Part shown: positions 24,903 to 32,619 of the stretch, piece after piece
How the letters are laid out: every line of letters starts with the position of its first letter
How positions within the stretch are numbered: position 1 is the first letter of the stretch
Assembly (NCBI GenBank): GCA_036004805.1
Contig: DASYRB010000022.1
Span: 1 to 59,808, forward strand
Direction: 5' to 3'
Source: Candidatus Norongarragalinales archaeon
GTDB lineage: Archaea > Micrarchaeota > Micrarchaeia > Norongarragalinales > DASYRB01
DNA length: 59,808 nucleotides
Program-made: the position numbers and the translations under genes
The notes under the pieces: generated by a model
The model's database searches: none
What the model was told of the DNA's origin: nothing
Seen by the model: only the letters and a program-made list of their open reading frames with translations

Positions 24903-25888
24903 TCTTTTACCTGCCAAACATTGTTGTTTTTGCTAGCAAGTCCAAGTTTATCAAGCTCCGCAAGACGATTGGAAATGGATTTCCGTCCAACATGGAGGAT
25001 TTTAGCGATGTTAGCGACGTTTCTTTCAGAACCAATTAGGTGTAGAATTTGTCTTTTTCGGGCGGAAATTATTACTAAATCCTTTTTCGAGGTCCAGTAA
25101 TCGACGCTGCCTACTCTGAAATTGTTTATTTTGCCTTCTCTCTTTAATTGAATTAGAACGTCTTGCAGTCTTGCTTGCGAGCGCAAGAAATGTTTTGCTA
25201 ATTCATTGCTAGTTTTCGGCTTTTCAAGCATGATGAGCATCCTTTCTCGGATATACTGTTTGGGATAATGTGTTTGTTTGAAAGAATTGTAAGCTTTCCA
25301 AAACCGCGTTTTCTTTTCCGGATGTAAATCGGCAAGATTCAGTCTTGCCCAGGTATCCCAATTTTCTTTGCCAGTGATGACATATGCGCGTTCTCGTTTT
25401 GAGAAGTGGAATCGGATTTTGTAATGATTTAGAATCTGATCTATCAATTCTAGTTGGTGTTTTTGTGCTATTCTAATGGCACGACTGCCGTGCGACCCGG
25501 TCTTGATGTTGCCTTCTCCGGCGAAGAATCCTCGTAAAATTGCGGGGTAGTTTTCTTTATCGGTCTGAATCTGTTTTGAGATGGCTCTCCATTTTTCGCA
25601 AAGTTCGACTGAAGCCACTCTCCACATGAAATAGGGCTTGTTGGCCCTCGAATCCGTATAGTATTTTACATTAGCTCCTAATATTTTCACTTCAGGACGT
25701 TCTGGGTTTGGGCAGTAGACGTAGATCCTTTTCCTTAGATTAGAGTTCTTGAACAGATCGGAAAGAATTTTGTCAAAGAATTCTATGAGTTCGAAAGAAT
25801 TATTGGTAAAAGTAATTTCACGATGAGTTTTGTCATCTCCTTCCGCGAGCCACAAGCCAATGCATTCGGAAATTTCTTTCTGACTCAT
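24785..25888 (-). CDS. free-standing double-motif LAGLIDADG endonuclease-like protein with two C-terminal winged-helix domains
   Basis: LAGLIDADG motifs IGLWLAEGD and LRGFFAGEGN. wHTH-like SNELAKHFLRSQARLQDVLIQLKREGKI and VANIAKILHVGRKSISNRLAELDKLGL. The 3' end overlaps rnhB exon 1 in another frame. Confidence 0.65.
   Translation of the reverse strand: MSQKEISECIGLWLAEGDDKTHREITFTNNSFELIEFFDKILSDLFKNSNLRKRIYVYCPNPERPEVKILGANVKYYTDSRANKPYFMWRVASVELCEKWRAISKQIQTDKENYPAILRGFFAGEGNIKTGSHGSRAIRIAQKHQLELIDQILNHYKIRFHFSKRERAYVITGKENWDTWARLNLADLHPEKKTRFWKAYNSFKQTHYPKQYIRERMLIMLEKPKTSNELAKHFLRSQARLQDVLIQLKREGKINNFRVGSVDYWTSKKDLVIISARKRQILHLIGSERNVANIAKILHVGRKSISNRLAELDKLGLASKNNNVWQVKDWKGEILTLQPSSRALTRLAETEKQLFLGCQEAPSSVRS
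24811..24843 (-). other. candidate bulge-helix-bulge (BHB) intron in rnhB mRNA
   Basis: Outer helix GACGAGGC/GCCCCGTC. Central helix UGGC/GCCA (4 bp). Bulges AGA (5' strand) and AGAG (3' strand). An 11-bp inner helix is closed by an AAUU loop. The element contains the in-frame UGA. Confidence 0.6.
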
Positions 25889-26005
25889 CTCGTGCGTGAG
25901 ATATTTTACCAGTTAAAACCTAACTGAACCCGTGCTCGCCGGTGGCTCAATTTTGTATAAAAAGAAGGAGTGGGGCCAGGGGGATTCGAACCCCCACAAG
26001 CACGT

Positions 26006-26130
26006 GTCTTCGAGCGTTTGTCAACGAACCGCAGATGCGGTTCTCAGAGCTCCAAAGATCCAATCATCGCCCTCCCGAAAGAGGACTCGCTTTTGTTTCC
26101 TAAGCATCTCCTTTGAGGAGAGTTGCTTTA
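26006..26130 (-). other. tRNA-Trp intron
   Basis: This is the sequence between the two halves of the anticodon stem-loop. It contains hairpins AAGCA-AC-UCUCC/GGAGA-UGCUU, CCUC/GAGG and GAACCGC/GCGGUUC. Confidence 0.8.
26044..26069 (-). ncRNA. box C/D-like guide module inside the tRNA-Trp intron
   Basis: CGAUGAU (C-like box, 26063-26069), a 15-nt spacer ending UUGGAGCU, then CUGA (D box, 26044-26047). The spacer pairs with GCUCCAG of the anticodon loop. The fifth nucleotide upstream of box D pairs with C34. Confidence 0.6.
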
Positions 26131-26248
26131 CTGGAGCGTGCTGTCATGCCTGGCTAGACCATAGCCCCTCAAAAATCCGGCTCCCGAAAAGATTGAGTCG
26201 TTTGCTTTCTTTTATGCCTGCCTCTCGAAACCAAGCCCACCGAAACCC

Positions 26249-26258
26249 TATATAAATA
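26249..26258 (+). promoter_or_regulatory. TATA-box-like element for the 26283 surface-protein operon
   Basis: TATATAAATA centred about 30 nt upstream of ATG 26283. Confidence 0.4.
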
Positions 26259-26282
26259 TGTAACTGCACAGTAGTAACAACA

Positions 26283-28946
26283 ATGGTGGGTGGATTTTTG
26301 CGAGCAGGACTCTTGATGGGTATCGCTGCCCTTTTGCTAACCAGCGCGCTGCCAACGCAAGTTTTCGCGCAGGACGTCGTCATTGACGCCTACTTCGATT
26401 TCTATTATCCTTACTACTATGGTTCTTACTACACGGGCTCGACGTACTACTGGGGCTACTACCCCGCGTACTACAGTTACGTTTGGCCGACGTACTACAC
26501 GCTCTATTGGGACCAGCCTTACTACAACAACGCCTACTATTACTCGTATTATCCGTACTTTTCTTACTACAATTACTACCCGTCGCAACAGCAAACGCAA
26601 TACTTCTACAACACCAACTTCAACCCGGTCTGCGGCGACAACGTCTGCAGTCCAGGCGAAGACAACTACATCTGTGCACAAGACTGCCGCCAGCTTCTAA
26701 CGTGCAGTGACGGCACGCCTTACGGACAATGCAGCCCACAACAGCCCAAGATCTGCAACAATGGCGTACTCGTTGACGCTGCACAAACCTGCGGATGCGG
26801 CGCGGGACAAATCGCGCAAGGCAGCCAGTGCTACCAAGCCAATCCTTCATGCATCGTTTCCGTCAACCCGAGCACCGTGCGCGCGGGACAAAACGCCGAC
26901 GTCACCGTGCAATACCAGCAACGCAGCGGCAACGGAATGCCGACCGCGCGCGTTGACTGCGGCAACGGACAAGTCGCGTACGCGCAATGCAACGGCAACT
27001 CGCAAACGGGCACGTGCGGCATTGTTTGCAACTTTGATTCTCAACCATACACGCCACGCTACCAGCAAGTCAACGCACAAATCGACGGAAGACTCTGCAG
27101 CGATGCGAGCGTGCGCGTAATCGACGCCGTACCAACCACGGGAAGCGTGCTTGCCCGCATCACTGACTGTGATTCTCATGTTCCAATCGGTGGCGCACTA
27201 TTCCGCGCAATCAGCGCTTCCAGAAACGTTAGCGTGAACGCGTTGAGCGTTTACAGCGACCAGATGGGAATCGCACAACTGCCCGGACTGCCTCCAGCGG
27301 TTTACGACTTCGAGGTCTCTGCAAACGGATACTTGAACAACCGCGTCTCGCAGCAAGCCTATGCCGGAGTCGCCAACCCCGTCGCTGTCTGCTTGACGAA
27401 GAAAACTTGCGACGTCACAGTCAGCCTTGTCGGCAGCAATGGCAACAGGTTCGACGTGCTCGTCGAAAACAAGCTCACGACCAACGCGATCGGAATCGTC
27501 ACAACCACGACCAACACGACCACCAACGCCACGATCAACACGACTACGAACGTCACCACGAACACGACCGTGATCGTGCCTCGCGTTATCCAACTTTCAT
27601 ACAGCGGCTCGTTCCCGGTCAGCGGACCTTCAAGCGTCTCGCTCGCTGCGCAACAGTCGCAAATCGTTCCAATCACTGTAAACGTTCCTAACGACTATGC
27701 AGGACAAGCGATCGCGCTCGTAACCGCACAAGGAAACTCTTGCACGTCGCAAGTGCAGTTGCAAGCTGATGCTTCGAAAGGAATCACGCTCGACTCTCGC
27801 AACACCAGCCGCAACACGCTTCCAGGAAAGAAGGAATGCTTTGACGTGCTCGTGCGCAACAAAGGAGCAGACCGCGGCACCGTGACGCTCTCGAGCTACG
27901 GACCGTTCACCGCACAATTCGACGCCTCGCAGTTCCAATTGTCGCCTTACGAAGCGCGCCAAGTGCAGTACTGCGTACTCGTGAATGACGGCGCGAGCGG
28001 CTACGCGCAACAGCAAGTCAGCGCGACCAGCCCGATGGGCAGCGCGAACGCGAGCTTCACGCTTTACACGCCGCAACAGAACGACTTCAGAATCACTAAC
28101 TACAACGCCAGCATTTGCCAACCGATCAACCTCGACCAAGTCGCTTGGACGCAGGAAGTAAAACTGCAGAACAACGCGTTCGACAGCGCCTTCGACGTTG
28201 AATTGCAAAAACCCGACGAGCTCAAGGCACAAATTTCGCCGAGCAAGCTCAACGCTTTCAGCAAAGGCACCACGCGCAGCGTGTACATCAATTTTGATAA
28301 CAGCGCAACGCCACTCGCCGGCAACTACTACGTCGACCTCGTCTTGAAGAAAGACGGAGTCACTGCGTGGATGGGCGAGTTGTGCTTCAGTGCAAGCGCG
28401 ATCGACAGCGCCACTCTGCAGTTCTCGCAACCCGCGATACAACTGCAGCGTGGTACGAGCAAGCTCGCTTTCGCGATGCTGCGCAACACCGGAAACTACA
28501 AACGCACCTTCGCCATTTCCACGAACACCACGTTCCAGAGCATCAGCGTCACGCCGACCACGATCACTCTCGCGGCCGGAGCTGAAACGCCAGTCGAGAT
28601 CTACATCAATGCGGTGAGGGGAAGCCCGCTCGGCACCTCCACGATTCCGTTCAACGTGCAAGCAGTGAGCGGCACGGGACAACGCACGAACGCCGCAAGC
28701 GCGAACCTCGTGGTCGACGTCACTCCCGAACCAGCGCTACAGAACGGCACGCTCGCACAAGTCGGCGCGCTCGGCGGAACGAACTTTGGCGGATTGAGCG
28801 GATTCTTCACGCTCGGCGGAAGCGAAGGCGCGCTATTGCTGCTCATAATCTTCCTCGCGATCGCAGGCGGCTATCTGTACTATCAAGCGAACCAGAACCA
28901 GAAACAACTCGAAGCACAAGCTCCCTCGACAAGCGCTGCAGAATGA
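26283..28946 (+). CDS. large secreted, C-terminally anchored surface protein with Tyr-rich and Cys-rich N-terminal modules
   Basis: Signal peptide. About 75 aa with roughly half Tyr. Cys-rich module CGDNVCSPGEDNYICAQDC. Thr/Asn sequon tract. Ig-like repeats. C-terminal GGLSGFFTLG plus a TM helix. Confidence 0.6.
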   Translation: MVGGFLRAGLLMGIAALLLTSALPTQVFAQDVVIDAYFDFYYPYYYGSYYTGSTYYWGYYPAYYSYVWPTYYTLYWDQPYYNNAYYYSYYPYFSYYNYYPSQQQTQYFYNTNFNPVCGDNVCSPGEDNYICAQDCRQLLTCSDGTPYGQCSPQQPKICNNGVLVDAAQTCGCGAGQIAQGSQCYQANPSCIVSVNPSTVRAGQNADVTVQYQQRSGNGMPTARVDCGNGQVAYAQCNGNSQTGTCGIVCNFDSQPYTPRYQQVNAQIDGRLCSDASVRVIDAVPTTGSVLARITDCDSHVPIGGALFRAISASRNVSVNALSVYSDQMGIAQLPGLPPAVYDFEVSANGYLNNRVSQQAYAGVANPVAVCLTKKTCDVTVSLVGSNGNRFDVLVENKLTTNAIGIVTTTTNTTTNATINTTTNVTTNTTVIVPRVIQLSYSGSFPVSGPSSVSLAAQQSQIVPITVNVPNDYAGQAIALVTAQGNSCTSQVQLQADASKGITLDSRNTSRNTLPGKKECFDVLVRNKGADRGTVTLSSYGPFTAQFDASQFQLSPYEARQVQYCVLVNDGASGYAQQQVSATSPMGSANASFTLYTPQQNDFRITNYNASICQPINLDQVAWTQEVKLQNNAFDSAFDVELQKPDELKAQISPSKLNAFSKGTTRSVYINFDNSATPLAGNYYVDLVLKKDGVTAWMGELCFSASAIDSATLQFSQPAIQLQRGTSKLAFAMLRNTGNYKRTFAISTNTTFQSISVTPTTITLAAGAETPVEIYINAVRGSPLGTSTIPFNVQAVSGTGQRTNAASANLVVDVTPEPALQNGTLAQVGALGGTNFGGLSGFFTLGGSEGALLLLIIFLAIAGGYLYYQANQNQKQLEAQAPSTSAAE

Positions 28947-29932
28947 AGCCAGAAATGGTAAGAGTCAATTTCAATTACAAAGCCCTAGCCGCCAGTGCAG
29001 CGCTATTCGCGATACTTTTCGCGAGCTTGACGCACGCACTCGTTCTCAACGCGCCCTCCGGCAACCCGTCCGCATGCCCGGGACAAACCAGCGACCTACA
29101 ATTCTTACTCATCAACGACGGTAACGAGTACGAAGTCATCGACACCAGCGCAATAAACAACGCATGGAGCACGTCGTCACTCACGCCCTCGTTCCTCAAG
29201 CTCGCGCCAGGCGCCAGCGCCCTGCTCAACCTCGCGATCACGCCCTCATTCGAAACCATCCCCGGAAAATACGCGGCACGAGTCGTTGCGCAGGGCAGAG
29301 CCACGTCGACTGTTTCGCGAGACGTTGACTTCGACGTCAAGGACTGCAGCACGGTGCAGATGCAGATCTACGGACCCGCACAGCTCTACGCCTGCCAAAA
29401 CACGCGATACATGGTCTCGATACGCAACGACAACTCCCAAAGCGTGATCGGCATGCTAGAAACCGACCTCAATCCGGCCATTCAGCAGATCGGAGAACAG
29501 CCATTCGTCGTGCTGCCGAAAAGCACCAAAAACGTGTCGCTATACCTGGACATTCCTTGCAACATCAAGCCACAAAAAATCATCTTCAACATACAAGCGA
29601 AAAACAAGGACAACGGCAGAATCCAAGGACAAACCGCCGCTCTCCTCGAAGCACTGCAACCACCCGTAGCTAGCGGTTCACCTGCGCCGAACGCAACGAA
29701 AACCACTCAAGCCAGCGGACTCACCGGATTTTTCACTGCAGGCACCACGCCACTCGCGCTGCTCATCGGCATCATTGCTCTCGTCGCGATCATGTTCTGG
29801 GTTTCTCGCAGAGTAAAAGTCGACATCGCCCGCAAGAAAAAAGAAGAAGAACAAAAAACCTCAAGGGCGCTCAAGCTCAAGGTGTATAAAGGAGACCTGC
29901 CAGCAACCAAGCTGAAAGTGAAAAAGCAATAA
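28943..29932 (+). CDS. secreted, C-terminally anchored surface protein
   Basis: Signal or anchor helix. C-terminal SGLTGFFTAG plus a TM helix and a Lys-rich tail. ATGA overlap with the upstream gene. Confidence 0.55.
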   Translation: MKPEMVRVNFNYKALAASAALFAILFASLTHALVLNAPSGNPSACPGQTSDLQFLLINDGNEYEVIDTSAINNAWSTSSLTPSFLKLAPGASALLNLAITPSFETIPGKYAARVVAQGRATSTVSRDVDFDVKDCSTVQMQIYGPAQLYACQNTRYMVSIRNDNSQSVIGMLETDLNPAIQQIGEQPFVVLPKSTKNVSLYLDIPCNIKPQKIIFNIQAKNKDNGRIQGQTAALLEALQPPVASGSPAPNATKTTQASGLTGFFTAGTTPLALLIGIIALVAIMFWVSRRVKVDIARKKKEEEQKTSRALKLKVYKGDLPATKLKVKKQ

Positions 29933-30516
29933 TGGTCGACCCCGCACTCTTGATCGCCGGAGCCGCCGTGCTCGCCTTCGACGCCTACGCTTACTACAAA
30001 TACAAAGAAAGCAAAGAAGCCCTCCAAAAAACCGCGACCACTCAACAAAACACGCAGCAAGACGCAAAACAACTCTACCCACAAGGCGCCTCGCTCTACG
30101 AACAACTCTCACCCTCCGGATATCTCTTCACTAGCGACGAAGGTTTTTCGAAAAACACCGACGTCCACGAAGCACTGCAAGACCTAAGCGCCGAACTCGG
30201 CTCTCTCAGAACACAGGTGCAAGTGCTCGGCACGCCTTCAGACTTCAACACCGTGAAAGGACTCGAACACGAACTGCGAGACCTCAGCACGCATAAAGAA
30301 AGACACAACGAAGACATCGAGCTCTTGAAAGCCGCGTTGGAAGACATCAGAGACCAAGTGGAAGAGCTGCGCACACGCAACCGCAGAAAGCTCACCAAGA
30401 ACGAGCTCGAACAACGCGAAAAAGAACTACAAAAACTCTATATGCAACGCAAAATCGACGAAGAAACCTTCCGCACGCTCAACGCCGAACTCACGAGACA
30501 AAAACTCGACTTCTAA
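29932..30516 (+). CDS. N-terminally anchored coiled-coil protein
   Basis: TM LLIAGAAVLAFDAYAYY followed by heptad-rich ELRDLSTHKERHNEDIELLKAALEDIRDQVEELR. TAATG overlap with the upstream gene. Confidence 0.5.
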   Translation: MVDPALLIAGAAVLAFDAYAYYKYKESKEALQKTATTQQNTQQDAKQLYPQGASLYEQLSPSGYLFTSDEGFSKNTDVHEALQDLSAELGSLRTQVQVLGTPSDFNTVKGLEHELRDLSTHKERHNEDIELLKAALEDIRDQVEELRTRNRRKLTKNELEQREKELQKLYMQRKIDEETFRTLNAELTRQKLDF

Positions 30517-30517
30517 C

Positions 30518-30543
30518 AAAGGACCCCCCAGCGACGGTCCTTT
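30518..30543 (+). terminator. hairpin after the surface-protein operon
   Basis: AAAGGACC-10 nt-GGTCCTTT, a perfect 8-bp stem immediately after the stop at 30516. Confidence 0.3.
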
Positions 30544-30604
30544 GAAACCTACGGCAACCTTTTGAAACTTTAATAGGCACAGCGAACGCTCTCTGTTCGC
30601 AGCA

Positions 30605-31168
30605 ATGAGTAAGCTAGAACGATTCTTGACGACTGGAAATGCTGAGAACGTCAAAAAACACTTACAGAAAATGCGAAAGCCACTAGTGATCGCGCAGAGC
30701 TTTCAACATCGACGCGGCGACGTGCATGATGCCGCGATCGAAAGACTGCGCTTCCTAGGCAAACAAGGAATTCCAGGACTCGACAAAGCACTCGAATGCT
30801 CTTTCTTCAGAACCAGACAAGACGCAGGATATCTGTTGCTCCAAGCTGGCGAGCTGACGCGCGAAAGGGCTGAAAAACTGGTCCGCAAGGCGGCAGAACA
30901 AGATATCCGCGCTGCCACGATGCCTGGATATTTGCCCCCAAAAAATCCCGCAAACTACATGGTTGAAATAATGAAGTCAAGCGTCGCGCCACAATACCGC
31001 ATCCTCGCCGCAGCAGTTATCGCAAAACTCGACGCGACGCACTTGCTGGAAGACGTTCGCAGGGAATGGTTTGAAGAACAAAACCGACGCGGCGACAAAC
31101 AAACCGCAAAACAAATCTGGAAGTACTACCAAGAACTCAAACGCAAAGCAAGAGAACAAAGCAAATGA
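30605..31168 (+). CDS. MSKLERF-family helical repeat protein, copy 4
   Basis: MSKLERFLTTGNAENVKKHLQKMRKPLVIAQS. Confidence 0.6.
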   Translation: MSKLERFLTTGNAENVKKHLQKMRKPLVIAQSFQHRRGDVHDAAIERLRFLGKQGIPGLDKALECSFFRTRQDAGYLLLQAGELTRERAEKLVRKAAEQDIRAATMPGYLPPKNPANYMVEIMKSSVAPQYRILAAAVIAKLDATHLLEDVRREWFEEQNRRGDKQTAKQIWKYYQELKRKAREQSK

Positions 31169-31445
31169 GCAAGCTAGAAAAATTCTTCGCAAAAGGCCAT
31201 CCGCAAGTCGTCGTGGATCACTTGAAAAACGTCAAGAACTGGAAAACTGCAGTTCTAGCGTTCAAGCATCGAAACGTTTTCGTCCGCTCAGAAGCGCAAG
31301 CGCGCTCTGGCGCATCGCCGACCCTGCATCAATTACAGTACTAGAAAAAGCACGCGAGCGAGAAAACGACGAGTACCCGGCGATCGTCCGCTGGAAAATT
31401 GATTACGCTCTAAGAAAAATTCGAGAAGCCCGACCGCGCGCATAA
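31167..31445 (+). pseudogene. decayed MSKLERF-family copy (internal deletion plus frameshift)
   Basis: MSKLEKFFAKGHPQVVVDHLKNVKNWKTAVLAFKH runs into a stop after 59 codons. The family C-terminus LWRIADPASITVLEKARERE continues in another frame to 31445. Confidence 0.6.
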
Positions 31446-31475
31446 AAACCAACTCTTGCCTAAAGTTTTTCTAAA

Positions 31476-31979
31476 ATGCAGCAATTCAAAGAGCGCGAGC
31501 TTACTGAAGAAGAAAAGCGCGAGATCCATAAAATAAAAGAAAACGACTCTCCCGCGTTCTTAGGCCGAAAACTGGAAAGCGGGTGGTACGCCGTCAGAAC
31601 CGCCGCCGCACAAAAGCTCGCCAAAATGAAAAGCGTCGGACCCGCAGTAGAACGCCTCGGTCACAAAAACCCCGACGTGCGACAAAGCGCTATCAACGCC
31701 TTGCACATGATGAAAAAAGGCTCCAGGCAAGTCCTGCGCTATCTTTCGCCCAAAACGCCGAGTTACATCCGCCAAGACGCCACCACGGCACTACTCTTAC
31801 TGCGAGACCCCACGATGTACAAAAGAATGCGAAAAGCGATGCGCAAAGAAAAAGACCCCATCATAAAGGGAAGACTTGCGCTCACACTTTACGTAATAGA
31901 ACAACACAGACCTCCCGCATGGAGAAAAGAACATCTTAGAGAAATTCAAAACGCAAGAGAGAAAAAGAAAAATGGCTAA
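31476..31979 (+). CDS. HEAT-repeat protein
   Basis: NPDVRQSAINALHMM and WYAVRTAAAQKLAKM HEAT-like repeats. It lacks the MSKLERF head. Confidence 0.55.
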   Translation: MQQFKERELTEEEKREIHKIKENDSPAFLGRKLESGWYAVRTAAAQKLAKMKSVGPAVERLGHKNPDVRQSAINALHMMKKGSRQVLRYLSPKTPSYIRQDATTALLLLRDPTMYKRMRKAMRKEKDPIIKGRLALTLYVIEQHRPPAWRKEHLREIQNAREKKKNG

Positions 31980-32559
31980 CGAAAAAACATTCGTCATGAT
32001 CAAGCCCGACGGCGTACAACGCGCAATAATCGGAGACATTGTTTCGCGATTCGAACGCGCCGGACTGCGACTCATCGCGATGAAAATGACCAAGCCCTCG
32101 AAAGAACTAGTCGCCAAACACTATCCAGACACGGCGGAATGGTATGGCATAGTCGGCGGAAACACTGTCAAAGGATACAAGGAGCAAGGAATTGACGTCA
32201 AGAAACAATTCGGAACCGAAGACCCGGTCGAGATCGGCAAAAAAGTAAAGGTCTGGCTCTGTGACTTCATCTGCAGCGGTCCAGTCGTCGCAATGGTTTG
32301 GGAAGGCAACCAAGCCATCGCGCAAGTACGCAAAATCGTCGGCGCAACCGTACCCACGAACGCCACTCCCGGAACCATCCGCGGCGATTACACCGTCGAC
32401 AGCGCCGACTTGGCCAACCACCACGGCAGACCGATAAAGAACATCATCCACGCCAGCGGGAATCCTCAAGAAGCGGACAACGAGATTGGTTTGTGGTTCA
32501 AGAAAGAAGAGCTCTACGCGTGGAAGCGCAGCGACGAAAACACGATGTTCGGCAAGTGA
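31972..32559 (+). CDS. ndk: nucleoside diphosphate kinase with a roughly 45-aa insertion
   Basis: KTFVMIKPDGVQRAIIGDIVSRFERAGL, SGPVVAMVWEG and NIIHASG. 195 aa versus about 150 typical. Confidence 0.85.
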   Translation: MANEKTFVMIKPDGVQRAIIGDIVSRFERAGLRLIAMKMTKPSKELVAKHYPDTAEWYGIVGGNTVKGYKEQGIDVKKQFGTEDPVEIGKKVKVWLCDFICSGPVVAMVWEGNQAIAQVRKIVGATVPTNATPGTIRGDYTVDSADLANHHGRPIKNIIHASGNPQEADNEIGLWFKKEELYAWKRSDENTMFGK

Positions 32560-32619
32560 AAACGCGCTTCTTAACTACCTCTTTCTACAAAAAACAATTC
32601 AAGACAAAACCTTGAGCCC

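Larger units (their letters stand above)
25971..26168 (-). tRNA. trnW: tRNA-Trp (anticodon CCA) with a 125-nt intron after position 37
   Basis: Acceptor GGGGCUA/UGGCCCC. D arm GUCU-AGCCAGGCA-UGAC. Anticodon stem GCACG/CGUGC with loop CUCCAGA. T arm GGGGG-UUCGAAU-CCCCC. Discriminator A. Exons 26131-26168 and 25971-26005. No encoded CCA. Confidence 0.85.

Noticed and set aside
24785-25888. The LAGLIDADG ORF as an intein inside RNase HII.
   Set aside because: - It is in a different reading frame from both rnhB parts.
- It begins directly at the first LAGLIDADG motif without an N-terminal Cys/Ser splicing block, and it lacks a C-terminal His-Asn.
- The rnhB N-terminal motif (GVDEAGR) lies downstream of the endonuclease domains, only 33 nt from the rest of rnhB.
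26006-26130. A second box C/D guide for position 39 and a clean canonical BHB at the tRNA-Trp splice sites.
   Set aside because: - No complement to the 3' anticodon-stem strand and no second C/D' pair could be found by eye.
- The best central helix (CUCC/GAAG) has a C.A mismatch, and the flanking inner helix is weak.
- Both are therefore left unclaimed.
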